Shown one piece after another: positions 1 to 14,200 of a DNA stretch of 64,000 bases. A program made the translations under genes and the position numbers. The notes under the pieces were generated by a model. The model did not search any database. It saw only the letters and a list, made by a program, of their open reading frames with translations, and was not told the DNA's origin. Source of the stretch: Cenococcum geophilum (lineage: Eukaryota); the NCBI GenBank assembly GCA_050273025.1, contig CP158636.1, forward strand, positions 3,224,001 to 3,288,000, read 5' to 3'. The first letter of the stretch is position 1. Each line of letters opens with the position of its first letter.

Positions 1-3000
1 GCGAGAATTTTCTCTAACTTTTGCCACTTTCCTGTTACCCAAGCAGCTTCTGCAGCAAAAGGCAGTGCTTTAGGAGTGCAAGAGCTCGAAGAATTGTGAA
101 ATCCCTCAACATAGTTAAGCAGAGAATCTTTTACACCCAAGTTAACACCTATCCATATGGCCAAGAATTATTACTCACCATACTGGCCCGACTCTTTCAA
201 GCAAGTGAGGAGATCTATCTGAACTTCGGGATCATCAGGCTTTTCTGCTAAAGCCAACTCATACCAACTTTGAGCCGCAGTCCATCTTCCGGCTTTACGA
301 TGTTCCAAAACCTGCTGATCTGGGTCCAGAACATGTAAGTGGGCGGATATACCTTCAATGCTGTCTGGTTCATCGATTTGAGCGTAGATGTATTGTAGGT
401 GTTGGAAGAGAGTATCTTGCTGAAAGACTGCTTTGGAAACTTCAGCTTTCTCGCGTTCCTGACGAATATATTGCTCCCAGTGGAAAAGGGCGCGTGCGTA
501 GGAGCCGCACTCCACTGCACGACGTGATATTACTTCGGCCGGGATACCCTGTAATATACGTTCGACACTGCTGATCTGGGCAATACCCTTGATCTCGTCA
601 ATCTCGCATATTCCCCTACCAGTTCTGCTAGCCATTGATCGTGCTTCAGCAACTGCCTTTCGTTTCTCCTGCAACCATCTTGAAAGATAGTCGAGGACCT
701 GAAACACGTTCTGCGGAATAATTAGAAGCGTGCGGAGACAAAGATCTCACACTGACTCACCTCGCTACACTGCTTGAGATTTTCTGCTCCTACATGATCT
801 CCTTCTTGTATTTCAGATTCTAAGACGGTGAGTAGTTCCTGACCGACCTCTGCAGTTTCCTGGTCATCTCCGCTCACAATAACATTCAAAGCCGCAAAGC
901 GTAAAATAAAGCTAGCTATGGACAGATCGTGTCCCCGGATGATCCTGGCAAGCGCACGAAAAATCTTTTGCGCATTGTCACCCTTTCCTCTTTGTAACAG
1001 ATCGAATACGAAAGTCCGCAGCCAGTTACCATGATTTGAATTTGCCGAGAAAAGTGGGTAGGTTTGCAGTTCAGGTATAGAAGGCATGCCGCTTTTAAAT
1101 ATGTATTTGGATTTTAAAAAAGGCGTCAAAGTGTTTCTGACTGACTCCGATATCTCACTCCAACGCTGGTATGTCGGGTCAGATTGAGAACTCCTTGGCA
1201 GGTGTATATCGATCCCACTGAATCCACAGAATTTAAGCAGTTCTTGCATTACATATGCCAGATACCCTTGAGCCTTAGCGCTTGTTGCGGAATGAAAGAC
1301 CTTGACCAATATGCGCTCCAAGAGGAACGCCGTGAAGTTAACCACTTCATTGCTCATTTCAAAATTGGATAAGACGAGCATATCGCGTTTCTCTCGAACA
1401 GCTTCAACTCTATGAGGATCGAGACAGCCAATAAGTCCCAAACACCGAGCACACAGTAGGGTGATGGCTGGGTGATCTTCTGTAAAACGGACACAGGCGT
1501 CTAGTATAGATCGAGTGAGTTGAGAGAGAACCCGAGTTGGCTTTTGACTGATTGCCGAGTCATGTAGAAAGCGTTGGTTTGTTTCTAGAAATGGAATAAG
1601 CTCCTTCAATGCTTGTGCCACAACCGCCGCATTTTCATCTGCGCATCGCCGACTGAAGGTGTCGAAATGATTCCCTAATTCGACTTTTAACCTAAAGCGT
1701 GAAATTTCACCATCATACTTCGACATTAGAGGAATCGATGCAAGAGATGGTAGGAAGTCGATTCTTTCCCGGAGCAAACTACTATGAGTCTTGATCAAAC
1801 TGCCAACGGTATCGTGGGCTTTCAACTGAGTCTCTTCGCTAAATGAACCCCAGTTCTGTGCTATAATAGCAAAGGTTTGGTCGACTAGGGATTCAATATC
1901 TACCTCGTTCACTACAGTTAGTAGAGCGGCCCATACCGAAAATGTTTGATCGCATAGCTGATCATCTTCCATGGCTGACTGTAGACAAGCTCGAATCTGA
2001 GGAAGTTGAGCGCCATTGTTCGTAAGATTGGGATGAAAAGACGTACCTGGGGGAGAGCGATGCTAACATGAACTTTGGCTAAATTGATCATTTCTTCAAT
2101 CGCGCCCACATATCGTCTCCGTTCTGTAACAGGATGCGTTTCGTGAGGATCGTCAAATACTTCAGAGAGATGAGCTATAATGCCAAGGACATGTAATTCA
2201 AAAAATGTCACAAGAGTCTTCGATTTCTTCGAAGCGGTCTTAGAGTGCCCATTTTTTATTTCTGCCAACATTGCAAGTGACTGGAAAGCTTGATATATCT
2301 GTATTGATTAGTGGCTATACTGAGAGAGATAACGGGGAACAGACTTGAGGCTTCTTAGTCGAATCTTCCTCCGCGGCGGCTTTCAGCAACTCGCAGGCAA
2401 CCAGAACTGGTTCTAGCTTGATCCAGCTGGAGAGATCATTCCCATTCTCTTGAAATGCAGGAGCAATCTCAACTAAAATGTCCATTGCGGTCTTTTCAAT
2501 ATCATTAGACGGCTGACGTAGGAGCAGGGCTAGAATGGCCGCGAGGTTTTTGCGAGGTTGCATGCAAATATCCTGAACCGAAGTACCGCGTGCCAATGCA
2601 ATCCGCTGTAGTGTTTCTTTCTTTTTTGTTAGTACTAGGTAGGGCAAAGTTTCTGTCTGCGTATTCAAGAGCATCTGATTGACACTCAAACCAAGTAGCT
2701 CTGATAGCTGCTGAGCTTTTTGCGGCCGGGTTTGCAAATCCTTTGTGACTGTTACTCCGATGCTCCTCCAAAATGGTTTTATTAGGTCCCCAGGATATTT
2801 GTCCAAAGCTTTCGCCAGGCATTCAAGCTCATAAGAGTTAGTAAAGTGCGATGTAGGAAACCGAGAACTTACCTCGTTATAAGCTATACCGCATAGCAGA
2901 GGATTGGTGTGACCTAAATACTCGATAAGGTCGATTAAAATAATGTTGAGCTCATCCTCTCCGCACACACTAGCGACTGTGTTAGCACCGCTGCCAGTGA

Positions 3001-5380
3001 AACATTGATGTAGAGAGGGATCTGGCTTGCCGTGCAGCTTGACCGTATGCCAAAATCAAAGTCTCCTGTTCTGGTAATAGGCTTCTCCTTGCGAGACTTC
3101 TGAAAAATTCCAGCGCTGCTACCCGATTCTTCCGCCTGATTACTTTTGGAACATCATTCCTTAAGAAGACTGCTAGCGCCCGTCTATACGATCGTTAGTG
3201 CATATTTCAGGAAGAAAGGCTTCGACCTACCCTGCAGCAATCCGAAGCTCTCTCAGAGAGCTACATAAAGATTGGAGGCACCATTTCCCGAGAGAAGAAT
3301 TTGCTAAATCAAGATGTTCGGCGTCGGATATGTGATTGAATATACGACGAATAGCCAGAGTGATGAGAATCCGAGGCTTTGATGTTTTAACTACTGGAGT
3401 TTCGATAAGCGCCGCTACTGATGCGATGATCTCTTTCCAGTCCTCTCCATGGTGATTGACGTTCCAATATGGTGGTATATGCTGGTCTAAGATTCGCAGA
3501 GGGTTATCACATATCTTACACGAGAGATTGTCAGGTTCGTCATGACTCCCATTGGTACCTACCAAACATTGAGAGCCAGCGCAAGCAACTCTTCCCAGTG
3601 ATTTCTCTGAGAGCAAGGCGCATCTTGCACCTTCGGAAAGCGCCACATAAGATTTTCTATTTATCGTTAGGTTCGGATCAGATGAGCAATATCGTGAATA
3701 CCTACGCTGCTACCTCATGCAAGCCAGATAAATCTGTCTTTGGGTGGCCTAGAAGCCGACTGGTCACTTCGGTGACATAATAGTCGTACAATTTGCCATT
3801 GTCATCTCGAGCTAGATCACAATGGAGTCTCTGCCTCTTCTGAGGTCTATCCTGATCCGGTAGATTATTCTGCTGGAAAATTTTGAGCATCTTTGAGGCA
3901 GCCAACTCCAGCTCTTCATTACCGAAAATCTTTGACTCTTCTGAGCAAAGAGAATTTCGCAAGATCTTCACCTCTTCAGGCCAATCATCTGGACCAGTCC
4001 ATAGACAAACAGCAAGCTAAATATATTTAGTAAATTTACCTGCCCAACAGGCATTTTTCTACTTACCTGTAGCTTTTTTTCTAGGCTGTTGATCCAAGTC
4101 GGACTGCGGCATATTCGAATGATAGTTGGCAGAAGGTTCTCTTTGACAAGAGCCCCGAGGTCCTCCACAGGAGCGTCTTGTAGTGAATTATGATCGGCTG
4201 GTAGCTGTAGAAGCGATTGAATGTGCATCAAGGACCATGCTAACTTGTTCTGGGCGGACTGGCACAGTGAGGATAAGCAACATGATAGGAGAAGGTCAGA
4301 TAGGCCCTGCGATAGAGTAACTGCAGCACTCTGTGATGGAATGAAAGAGCGGTTGGACTTGGAAGTCTGGATGCAGACAGCAGCCAATGTCCGAATATAT
4401 GCAAGCTCAATATTCTCATAGCACGGAAGTCGCTGGTTTTGCTTTTTCAATCGCTTGAAGCACCGCCATAGAACTGAACAATTGTCTATCGCCCGTCTAA
4501 GATTGTTCTCAAAAGATAAATTGGGTAAACCCCGCTTTATAAATTTCCCCGAGGTCCCTACGACGATTTCAATGAGACTGAAAGCAATGCAAATAGCTTG
4601 GGTAGGCAAGGAAACGATAGTTTGAGAGCCCTGCGGAAGTGCAACTAGTTGTTGGCTTTCTGGCCAAACATTAGAAATGCCATTAGATGGAGGCAGAGCA
4701 ACTTTGAAGTTCGAGCAGGACAATTGGAAAGTGGTTGTAGCATCAAGCCCACTTAAGATGCCTAGAAATATTGTTAATATATCTAGGTAGAGTCGAAGCA
4801 AAAGATCCCATGACATACCATCAATACAGGACTGGTAAAGCTGAATCAGCAAGACAGCATACTGCCATAAATCCGAGGTGCGCTGAAGAATCTGGACACA
4901 GCTCAAGAGCAGATCTTGCAGATTTTCTTGGATTGCATCAAAATTTCGATAACCCATCAAAGTAAGAAGCTTAGGAAGAAGCCAAAGAAATAGTTTTGGC
5001 CGAGTAATGCCATTACCCTCGTCAATTTTAGTGTTTAATAGTAACTCCGGCCTGCGCTGGATCGTAAGTTTGATGACAGAGATACTATCGATGGCCTGGG
5101 GGATGAGTAAATCTTGAGCAAAGGGGTTTTCCTGGAGTAGAACATCCAGTCCGGCCTCAGCAACTACATAGATGAGCTGTGCATTAACCTGGGAGTTTGG
5201 CTCATCAATACTGGGATCGCTCAAATACTCGTGCAATAGCTGCCCGAAAGCTGCCTTGGTCCCAGGCTCCTTCTGAGCGTTGGCATTTGAATGATTGTTG
5301 ACAATTTGAGCGGCGATAGTGGATGGGGGGACACCTCCATTGGCTAGAGGGATGGTGGACTCCCCGCCTCTGCGGGCCAT
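1..5380 (-). CDS. MEC1: ATR/Mec1/Rad3/UvsB PIKK checkpoint kinase, multi-exon; 3' part (rest of FAT and kinase domains) lies outside the window
   Basis: Consecutive minus-strand ORFs separated by short GT..AG introns. Motifs: N-terminal PPSTIAAQIV; UME-like region (FFELHVLGII...ALPQIRACLQSA); FAT start (RRAVECGSYARALFHWEQYIR, YAQIDEPDSIEGIS, AAQSWYE). Confidence 0.93.
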
Positions 5381-5672
5381 ATTTGCTGTTTTAACGGCTT
5401 AACCATGCCATGGCGAATTGCAAGCCCCGGATAATCAATTCCGATGTGAAGTAATGCAATTTTCAAACAGTTTGAGAAATTTTCATGCCTTCAGCTTCAA
5501 AAATGCGGTAGGCTACAACAAACTTATGTCGGGGGTTTACTCTGTAGTGTAGGATCTGTAGTATCTACCAAACAGTTTCTTTTTCGTGGTGATGAAGGCC
5601 TTTGAATGATCCTTGAACGATTGTAGTGTGGGAACTCCTAGGTTTGGGTGGCGTTGACAGTGTGTATGAGAA

Positions 5673-5695
5673 GCGCGCGTTCAAAGAACACGCGT
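5673..5695. promoter_or_regulatory. MCB-like boxes (GCGCGCGT and ACGCGT) in the divergent MEC1/COX16 promoter
   Basis: ACGCGT at 5690-5695 and GCGCGCGT at 5673-5680, about 300 bp upstream of the MEC1 ATG. Confidence 0.5.
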
Positions 5696-5869
5696 GGGGT
5701 TGTGACTTCTCGAGGTCGCCAAGACATCTAATTGCCCGCATCTCACCACCGAGAGGGCGACAGAGCCATCTTTGTACACACCCGCCAAGGGCGCCGCATT
5801 TCTCCCCTTTTGAACCTCACAATTGAGTTCTGTGAGATTTATATACCAATTATCCGGGCCTTGTCCAAG

Positions 5870-6295
5870 ATGCCGGGTCCAACTTTCCAATCCAAATCGT
5901 TCACCAAATCCTCCGCAACGAATGCGAATAGCTTCGCAGCCCGCTACCGCGGCTCCCTCAACAAGCATCCTTTCCTGTTATTTGGGTTACCCTTTATCAC
6001 TACAATGGTCGCCGGTAGTTTCTTCCTCACACCCGCTACGGCTCTCCGTTACGAACGACACGATCGCAAGGTTAAGCAGATATCTAGAGAGGAGGCAATG
6101 GGACTTGGAAAGGACAGAAGAAAGATAGACATGAGGGAAGAATATTACGTGAGTGCGCCGAGATGTAATGTATGGATGGCTTTGACCGAGTGGACTCTAA
6201 TTTTCTTTTCCCAGAGACTTGCAACGAAGGATATTGACGACTGGGAACAAAAGCGGGTGAAACGGCTACCCGGAGAACACGAGGGCATATTGTAG
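5870..6295 (+). CDS. COX16: Cytochrome c oxidase assembly protein Cox16 (intron 6149-6214)
   Basis: KHPFLLFGLPF...GSFFLTPATALRYERHDRKV...DMREEYY|RL...DIDDWEQKRVKRL; 66-bp GTGAGT..CAG intron. Confidence 0.92.
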   Translation: MPGPTFQSKSFTKSSATNANSFAARYRGSLNKHPFLLFGLPFITTMVAGSFFLTPATALRYERHDRKVKQISREEAMGLGKDRRKIDMREEYYVSAPRCNVWMALTEWTLIFFSQRLATKDIDDWEQKRVKRLPGEHEGIL

Positions 6296-6705
6296 GGGTA
6301 AAACAGGTGCAAAGCATTGCATTGGGCGCGGGGCTAGCAAGGGATGGAGGATGGGACTTGTATGGCGCTTATTGGTTGCACTCAAACAATTTTATTCTCT
6401 GCTTCTCTTAATGCCCTGTTCAATTCATATTGGAATCTCCACTATACCAGCGTTGGCACACTCCAGTGATCAGTCGGAAGCATCTAAATCTATAGCTATG
6501 GGAATGTGTAAGTTGCAGCGTTCCGCTTTCCTAGTTTTGTTTCATCGTGGATGAATTTTGTTAGTATGAAAATCGTGGCAAAGTCTCCCAGCGAAAAAAC
6601 ATGTAATATCAATGTAAGAATTCAACTCTCTAACGTATGTAGTTTGGATATCTGGGTCTACTTCCCTCATTTTGGCCTAGGTGGTAATTTACCGTCAATA
6701 TTTTC

Positions 6706-7547
6706 TCACTGCATCAAAGTTTTCGGATTGCCTAGGTCGAGTGGTAATATCTCGGTCTTCAACTCTCTTGTCTTTTTTTGCTTTGGTTCAGGTGCTATAA
6801 ATCAAATTAGTTATCAAAGGTTGTGTGGGGAATGAGGTGATTGGGCTTGCCTTTTTCATTCTCCTGAACGTAAAACTTCCTCAGCAGTATAATAGCTTCT
6901 TCTCTGTATATACCCCCAACGACTGGGTATGGCTTGTCTACACTGAGGCTGTGACTGATTAGAACATTACTAAATAAAACAGCAAAGAATAACTTACTCC
7001 TCATGTACTGTAAGTACGCCGCCTGTGCCTCCAAACCGCTCATTCCAGCATCCAAAGTACACAGCCCTGATTCCATATTGCCGCAGGGCCGAAGCACACA
7101 TTACGCATGGCTCAACGGTAACGTAAAGGTCAGTTTCATTTAGCACGCTTATAGGGTGCTCAGCCAGGATTTGAGCTAAGGCGATGAACTCGGCATGACG
7201 CGTGCCCTAAAAATTATCAGATCAACGACATATTCGGTAGCCAGTTCACAAAGACGGACCGCAACAGTGAACAACGACCAATTCAGTAGTCAGTTCACAG
7301 AGTTGGACAGTTTGATAGGAACATCATACATTCAAAGACTTATTCGTGTCGTTCATTCCCCTACCAATGATCTCTCCGTCTTTGACGAAAACACACCCTA
7401 CCGGAGTCTCATCGCTGGCAAGGGCTAACTCTGCCTAATCATGCATCAAATCTGTACTCTCTGCTAAACAAATTACCATAGAAGGATTACCATTTTGATC
7501 GCTTCGCGCATGAAGCGCTCATGATGTTTCTTTTCTTGGCCGTTCAT
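6706..7547 (-). CDS. TAD2: tRNA-specific adenosine-34 deaminase catalytic subunit, multi-exon
   Basis: Hand translation across introns: MNGQEKKHHERFMREAIKM|AELALASDETPVGCVFV...GMNDTNKSLN|..HAEF...DLYVTVEPCVMCASALRQYGIRAVYFGCWNERFGGTGGV...LLRKFYVQENEK|APEPK. Contains the HAE/PCxxC zinc-deaminase motifs. Confidence 0.9.
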
Positions 7548-8111
7548 AGCTGCAAAATGGAAATCGGATCTACATTCGCTTGGCAAAGGGTTGAGTCTTC
7601 AGTTCGACCACGAAATCTTTTCTAGAACCAGTCAGAACAAGTTGAAAACTGCAGCTGATTCATATCCGTAACGTGACATGCAGTATATCCATCAGAATTT
7701 GGTTGACGAAAAGAGCGAGTTTCACCCAAAAATAAGTTGATGATGGTGATGATAGTGGCTCCTACCACTGACGACCGGACCCTTGATTTCACCAACCGAC
7801 TACGGCAAGAGCCGCGAGTGTGAGACGTGGACTTTCGTATGCTCATCGAGGCAACAAGAATTCATTGAACTGCATCGCCACAATCTCCAGCATAGAAATA
7901 CTCATCAGCCTCTTCAACCACTTGTTATTGTGGCCTGAAATCCAACGCCATCCCACCACCGACACATCCGCCCAGCAGCGCAGAGGAACTGCCATCAACA
8001 AAGTTGGCTGAAGGTCAATAACAGCTCAAACATTGCTCAAACACCGCTCAACTGCCACCTGTACACCCGATCCAGCTGTAGAATCGCTGTGCAGCAGTAC
8101 CAGAAGACATA

Positions 8112-8927
8112 ATGACGCTTGCTGAGGAGTTCAGATCACGAAATTTCAGTAGGTAACTTTGCGGCTTAGGGCTGAGAACTGCCGCTGACCTTATCAACTT
8201 CAGGTATATATGGACAATGGTCAGTAACAACCTCACCTTCTTTCCCATTTCGGTCCTACAAAAGAATTGCAAATTGTCTCTCGGATTGGAAATGCGCTGA
8301 ATATGCGAAAATTCTACTCCGTTGCTATTAGTAACGGCATAGAGAATGTGCGGGACAAGATGTCGGATCAGCTCATGGTGGAAATTCCGGGTCCACAAAC
8401 ATGCTCTAAAGCCAACTCTGAACACACAGACAACTTACGGGAATGGTCGTGATGATGTTCTGACTTTGTTTCAGGACCGGAGTCCTCTGCATAATTCTAT
8501 GCTTCGCTCTCGGAATCGCCAATATCTTCCATCTTCACTGGATCATCCTATTCAGTGTGATATGTTTGTGAGTGTCCATGATCCAAACCTGAGTATTTAC
8601 CGGGGAAGAAGCTGAATAAATACCAGAGTGTGCTCTTTCATCCTCATCTTCGTTGAAATTCCGCTGCTCCTCCGCATCTGCCCGACGTCATCCTCGTTCG
8701 ATGCCTTTATTCGCAGATTCGAAACCAACTACATGCGCGCGGCTATCTACTTCGTTATGGCCTTGATACAGTTCCTAGGCATCATTGTAGCCCGAACAAG
8801 TCTCATCGCTGCAGCCATCGTCCTCTTCATTGCCTCAATTTTCTATGCGCTTGCCGGTATCAAGGGACAAAGCTTCGTGGGTAGCAAGACACTGGGTGGA
8901 CGAGGAGTTGCGCAGATGATCGTTTGA
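8112..8927 (+). CDS. TVP18: Golgi membrane protein Tvp18, multi-exon
   Basis: MTLAEEFRSRNFS..IYGQW|TGVLCIILCFALGIANIF...FVEIPLLLRICPTS...GSKTLGGRGVAQMIV. Confidence 0.9.
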
Positions 8928-10451
8928 GACTGCCCTCGAGTTTTTCGCTCAACGTTGATGAAGAGCAGGAAAGAGCGGGGAGGTCTACAACTCAGGCATA
9001 AATGTCTCTACTGGGCCTAAGTTGAAGGGCAGGAGTGCTAGCCGCTGTACTTGGCTTGAGCATATTTGGAGTGTGACAAACCAGTTTTTGCACCGTCTTT
9101 TGAAGGGAATATTTTTTGGTGGGCTTTACTTCTCGGGAAAGCTATTTCACTGTATCATCAGCTGGGCGTTATCCGGATTACGGTCTCCGCAATGTTCAAA
9201 AGCAGTCGTAAGGAGGACATGATATCTCGATAGGTCAGGAATGTCGATTAATTCGATCCAACGTCATCATCTCACGCGATGCCCTTATTGCTCAAGCAAT
9301 ACGGGTATTGTATATGTAATAGAATTCTACATAAAAGGCCGTTTTTGAGCCTGAAATACGGGTCAGAGCCGGATTGCTTGCGTGAAGGGCTAAGTGATTT
9401 GCTAAAGCCTAGAGAGAGCAAGGGACCCTCTGCGGAAAAGCTAGGGTAGAGATGAAGACGGGAGAAGGGAATTCACGCATGGTCAAAGGTTTCCTCAACC
9501 TGGTATGGTTAGGGCGAAAGCGCATGTTCGTTCAGCAGGAAGCATCGCGATGGGACTGGCTGGCTCCTGCGTCAAAGGACCTTGTTCAGGAACCACTTGA
9601 TCCGTCACGGGATGTATGGCGCGGGGAAGTGGCGTAGGCCGGCTCAGCAGCGAGCCAGGTGCATCGCAGAAGTTTTCAATATCGCGGTGATTTCGTGCTC
9701 GGCAAGGGCGAGGCAGAAGGCATCGTGCAGCAAAGTCGCTGCGTGGTCTTCCTCTAGAGGCAGTTCCGACAGCGTCATGAGAGAATTACGGCGACCATGG
9801 GCGATTTCCGTTGCATTCAGGTTTCCCTCCGGCGCCTTTCGCACTGGCCCAGCAGCCAACAGCGGCCAAGTTTGCGCCATCGATCGTTTCGGACATCCTG
9901 GCCAAGCAATGCAAAGCGTTACAGTGGGCCCAGCACATCATTGAAAACCATGACACAGCTCGACTGATCTAATACACCTGCACCACAACGACATATAACA
10001 CCCGCGAACACCTCCAGTTTGAGCCCTATATCACTACACCACCGCCCACAATCTTCAAACTCCCCCGTAACATTCACTACCCCAAGAATTGGTGAGTGCA
10101 TTCTGCCGCGTCGACACAGCCCGTCAGCTTCATCTTGCGGTCAAGCCCAGCTGCTGTGATTGGTCCGTGTAGCTTTGCCCCCAAGGTGGAGCTTCCTGCA
10201 TAACAGTTGACGTCCTGCAGCTGGGAAACGCTTCCAAACACATTCCAGAGCTGCGTTTATTCCCCCTCCACTCCCCGCTACACTATTCGCCCGATCGCTC
10301 TGTTGCATCAGGGCCCTGGCTTATCTCACCTGAGCTACTTAAAGGCTTTTCAAGGCTTTGACCGGCTGAAGCTGACTCTTTCTGTCCGACTTTAGTTATC
10401 TAATCTACAATTCCTTGATTTCGATAAATTACTGCACACATACTGCACACA

Positions 10452-13400
10452 ATGGCTGCTCCAACTATACCTCCGAGACCTGCTCGTACTCAAAATCTTC
10501 CAACGAGCTCCGCGAACATGGACATCCCCAAGATTCCTCCGCGCCCGAAACGTAGCATGGAGCGCTCAGTCTCACCCAACCGCGACTCCTTCGCTCGATC
10601 GCCTTTAAACGATCCCTCATTTCTGCACAATGGCTTCCATCACCAGAAAGAGGACTTCCTAGGTTCCAACCTTCCTCAACGCCCTCCCAGCGTTAGTCTG
10701 CCATCCATTGGCCAGGAGGGCAGCGAGTACGCAAATCTGCAGGACTTCAGCGACGAGAGCTCCCCGAAACAAACCAAGAATGTGGCCGGTGATCTGCCGC
10801 TCTACGCTCCAACAGCTTCAGTGCCAATCTCCACAGCAAAAAGCAGGATCGCTACTGTAACATGTACCGATTCTTCTCAAGCTGCTGCTGCTGGCATTGG
10901 GAAGCTGTTGGTTGATGCCGATGAGAAAGCAGGCACCGCCAGTTCCGCGAGATCGGGATCCTCGGCCGGCACCCACACCCGACCCCAATCCATATACAAA
11001 GATGACGAGGAGCATGGAATTCCCGAGATTGGTGTTCGGGTCCCAATGTATCCCAATGCTGGTGACGTCCAGGCTCCGACGCCCTCGCCAATGACTCAAG
11101 CACCCTCCACTGGAGTAGGTTTCTTCAATAATGGAAGTCAGACATCTGTACGTCACCATGGACGTACCAAGAGTGGTCGGGAAATTTTCCACGGACCTCC
11201 TGGCAGCTACGGCATGCATGGTCATGGAGTCGGCCCTCGTAACGAATTCCAGAAGACATGGTACGAGAAACACCCCGACGACTTCGCGAGGGAAAAACAA
11301 GGAGAATACGGACGTGCAGTTCACGAAAATCGAAAGGATTATCATTGGGTTGGAGATGACCTCAGCAAGCTAGTCCACGAATCAGCTAGCAGAGGCATTG
11401 GAATGGGTACGCTGTTGATGGCGAGTCCGCCAATCTTTGGCTAAACTAACCAAATCATTTAGGTACCTCGCGCGAGGCAATTGGCACGCCTGATGAAAAT
11501 ATTGGTTATATGGCGTCTGAGGAGTATGCGTCTCGCATGGCATCCCCGCGCCCTTCATCCGCGCGTCCTCCTTCGATTCATGCGAAAGACCGAACGAGCA
11601 GCGCTGATGGTGAGGGTACTCCTAAAGTCGCTGCCTCAGAACATGCAGTAGAAAGTGAAGCGGAGGACGACGTCATTCACATTGACCCCCCATCTCATCG
11701 TGTTAGCAAGATTGGTGGCGGTGGCTACGACCCACCAAAGGAAGACCTCGGCCCAGAGGGCGGAAACACTGAAGAAGAGGGAGGTTGGGTCACCGAGCGC
11801 GGCTATGGCGCACCCATCCTCGCTTCGGATGAGATGGCAAAACACCCAGAAGCGGAGTATATGCAGCCCGCCGTCTCGCCCGAGCTTGAACGTAGGGGTA
11901 GTGGTGAATACACTCTCAACGACTCCGAGGGCCTCCCAGCCTACATCGCTGGCCGCAAGAGCGTCAGCAGAGGCTCAAGTAGGGCTAATAGTATTCACGG
12001 TGGTACTCCATCCCTATCGAGATTCGCTAGCTCCGATGACAATGACCGAATCGGCACCCCTCTCGACAACGTCAAGGAATATGAGCCTCTTTTCCCAGAA
12101 GACGAAGAGGAACACGAGAAACACGAACGTCCTCTGACAGCAGCGGACAAACTGAAGCGTCCAGACCTAGCCCGTCACCACTTCCCTAGCCAAGACGTGT
12201 GGGAAGATACCCCCAGCAGCCTGCAACTGCAGACAACTGTCGAATCGCCACAGGCACCCGAAGAACCGCGCACGCCCAAAGACCAGGGCTCGGCGCAGGC
12301 CTTCGAGAACCCGAAAGCGGAAGCGCAGCGCAAGCAAGAAAAAGCCGACGACGCCAAAACCAGCTTCCTTCCAGAACCCCCAAAACGCTTCGCCAAGCCG
12401 CACCCCAACCCCGACGTCGCCGACGACGTCACCTCCACGCGTCGGCCCGGCATGGCGCACCGCTTCCCAAGCCACGACATCTGGGAAGACACAGCCGAGT
12501 CGCTGCAGCTCGTCACGACAGTCAGCGGGCCACAGACGGACGAGACCGCCGCCTTCGCCGACGACGCCTCGCCCATCGCCGCAGGGGCAGCCGCAGGAGC
12601 AGCAGCAGCAAGCAAGCCCACGATCCTCGCGCGCCCCGCGCGGCCCGCGGCCGCGACGAAAGACGTCTCGCCCACGGAGAAAAAACTCCCCGTCATCCCG
12701 GTCCGTCCCAAACCGGCCATCCCCGCCCGTCCCACCCGCCCCCTCGCCAAGTCCCCCTCCAACGACAAAGAATCCTCCGCCTCCGCCCCGCCCAGTACCA
12801 CCACCTCGGACGGCGCGAGCGATATATCTGCCAAGTCTAAACCTAGCATCCCTGCCCGCCCGACTATTGGCGGTGCGGGTGGTGGCAAGCTCGCAGCGCT
12901 GAAGGCTGGCTTCATGAGCGATCTGAACTCGCGGCTGCAGCTGGGGCCGCAGGTTCCCAAGGCGCAGGAGCCGGTGCGGGAAGTCGAGGCTGAGCCGGTC
13001 GAGCGCGCACCGTTGGCGGATGCGAGGAGGGGCCGCGCGAAGGGACCGCAGAGGCGGAAGCCTGCTGCTGGTGGTGCTGGTGCTGGAGAGAACGAGGGAG
13101 ATGCGGAGGGGAAGAAGGGGGTCGAGCTGTCGTTCGTGGCGCCGTGCACGCTGTGGGAGATCCAGGAAGGGGGTGCAATAGACGTACCCGCTGCGGAGAT
13201 GGCGAAGGTGCTGCGGGAGGTGGTTGGGGGGGTTGATTTGCCGCGGTCGTCCGCCGAGCCCATTGCTGCTGCTGCTTCGACCAAAGAGGCGGAAGCTGAG
13301 CCCGAGCCAGCTTTGTCGGGGCCATCGTCGACTTCTACGGCGGCGGTGCAGACGGAGCAGCAGGACGTTGTGGTTGAGAATACGGACAGGAGTATGGAGA

Positions 13401-13582
13401 AGATGACGGCGTTTCTAGGCGCGTGCGCCCCGGAGGAGGGGACCGTGGCTGTGAAGGATGGGGTTGAGCATCTTGGCGCGGCAGACACGACGAGGGCGAA
13501 GGGGATTGAGACGGCCAGTGATGGCGGCGTGAGGGCGTCCGAGGAGACGAAGGAGGAGGCTTCCGCCGCTGCGGCGGAGTAG
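10452..13582 (+). CDS. AIM21: Altered inheritance of mitochondria protein 21 (proline-rich actin-patch regulator); intron 11407-11462
   Basis: Two ORFs joined by a frame-compatible GT..AG intron. Motifs DVIHID, GYGAPILASDE, repeated FPSxDxWED, KLAALKAGFMSDLNSRLQLGP and PLADARRGRAKGP. Confidence 0.85.
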
Positions 13583-14200
13583 AACGACGTGGCTTGGTGT
13601 GGTGTGGAGTGGATGCGCTCAAGGGGGATAGGTCTCCGAGGGGGTTGATCGATGGGGAGATTGGGGAGAGCATGGGATCGGGGGTTTTTAGTTGGCTTTT
13701 AATGAACCTCACCTTTAGATTTCTGGCTTATGTGTTTTAATTCTACTTTTTTTTAGTGATGGGGTTTCACTGTGGGGCTAGGGGAGATGGGAAGGGAGGC
13801 TTCTTCTTTTACTTTTGGTTATTATGACTCCGAAAAGAGTAACGGGGATAGGGCTGGAGATTGCATATTTGGGACTTCTTGAGCTAGAATGACCGACACG
13901 AGATCAATTCAGTTTGACTGGTAGTCCGGGGGCGCGAGCGTCTAGGCTACTGGCTGTGTTCTTTGTGAAATAGGAGTGTATAACAATGAATACACTATGG
14001 TATTGCTACTGGGAAGCCCACGCTAGAAATATTAATGTACTCCGCCCAACCCGCTCCCAATGCCCAAACGCCAGAGGAAAAATCGAAGGCCAGGCGATCT
14101 TTCCACACCAAAACCCTGATCCAACAAAACAAAAGCGCCACGGGATTACCCTTAGATGGTGAAAAGAAATGCAGAATTTTATCAGTCGTGACGGGAAGGA

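Noticed and set aside
6149..6214. Stop-free 66-bp in-frame intron in COX16 as a possible alternative isoform
   Set aside because: Canonical splice signals, and short 3n stopless introns arise by chance; nothing supports retention.
9582..9944. Short GC-balanced ORFs between TVP18 and AIM21
   Set aside because: No recognisable domain or supportable exon structure; could be a gene remnant but cannot be called.
12167..13712. Long antisense and alternative-frame ORFs over AIM21
   Set aside because: Expected shadow ORFs of a GC-rich, low-complexity coding region.
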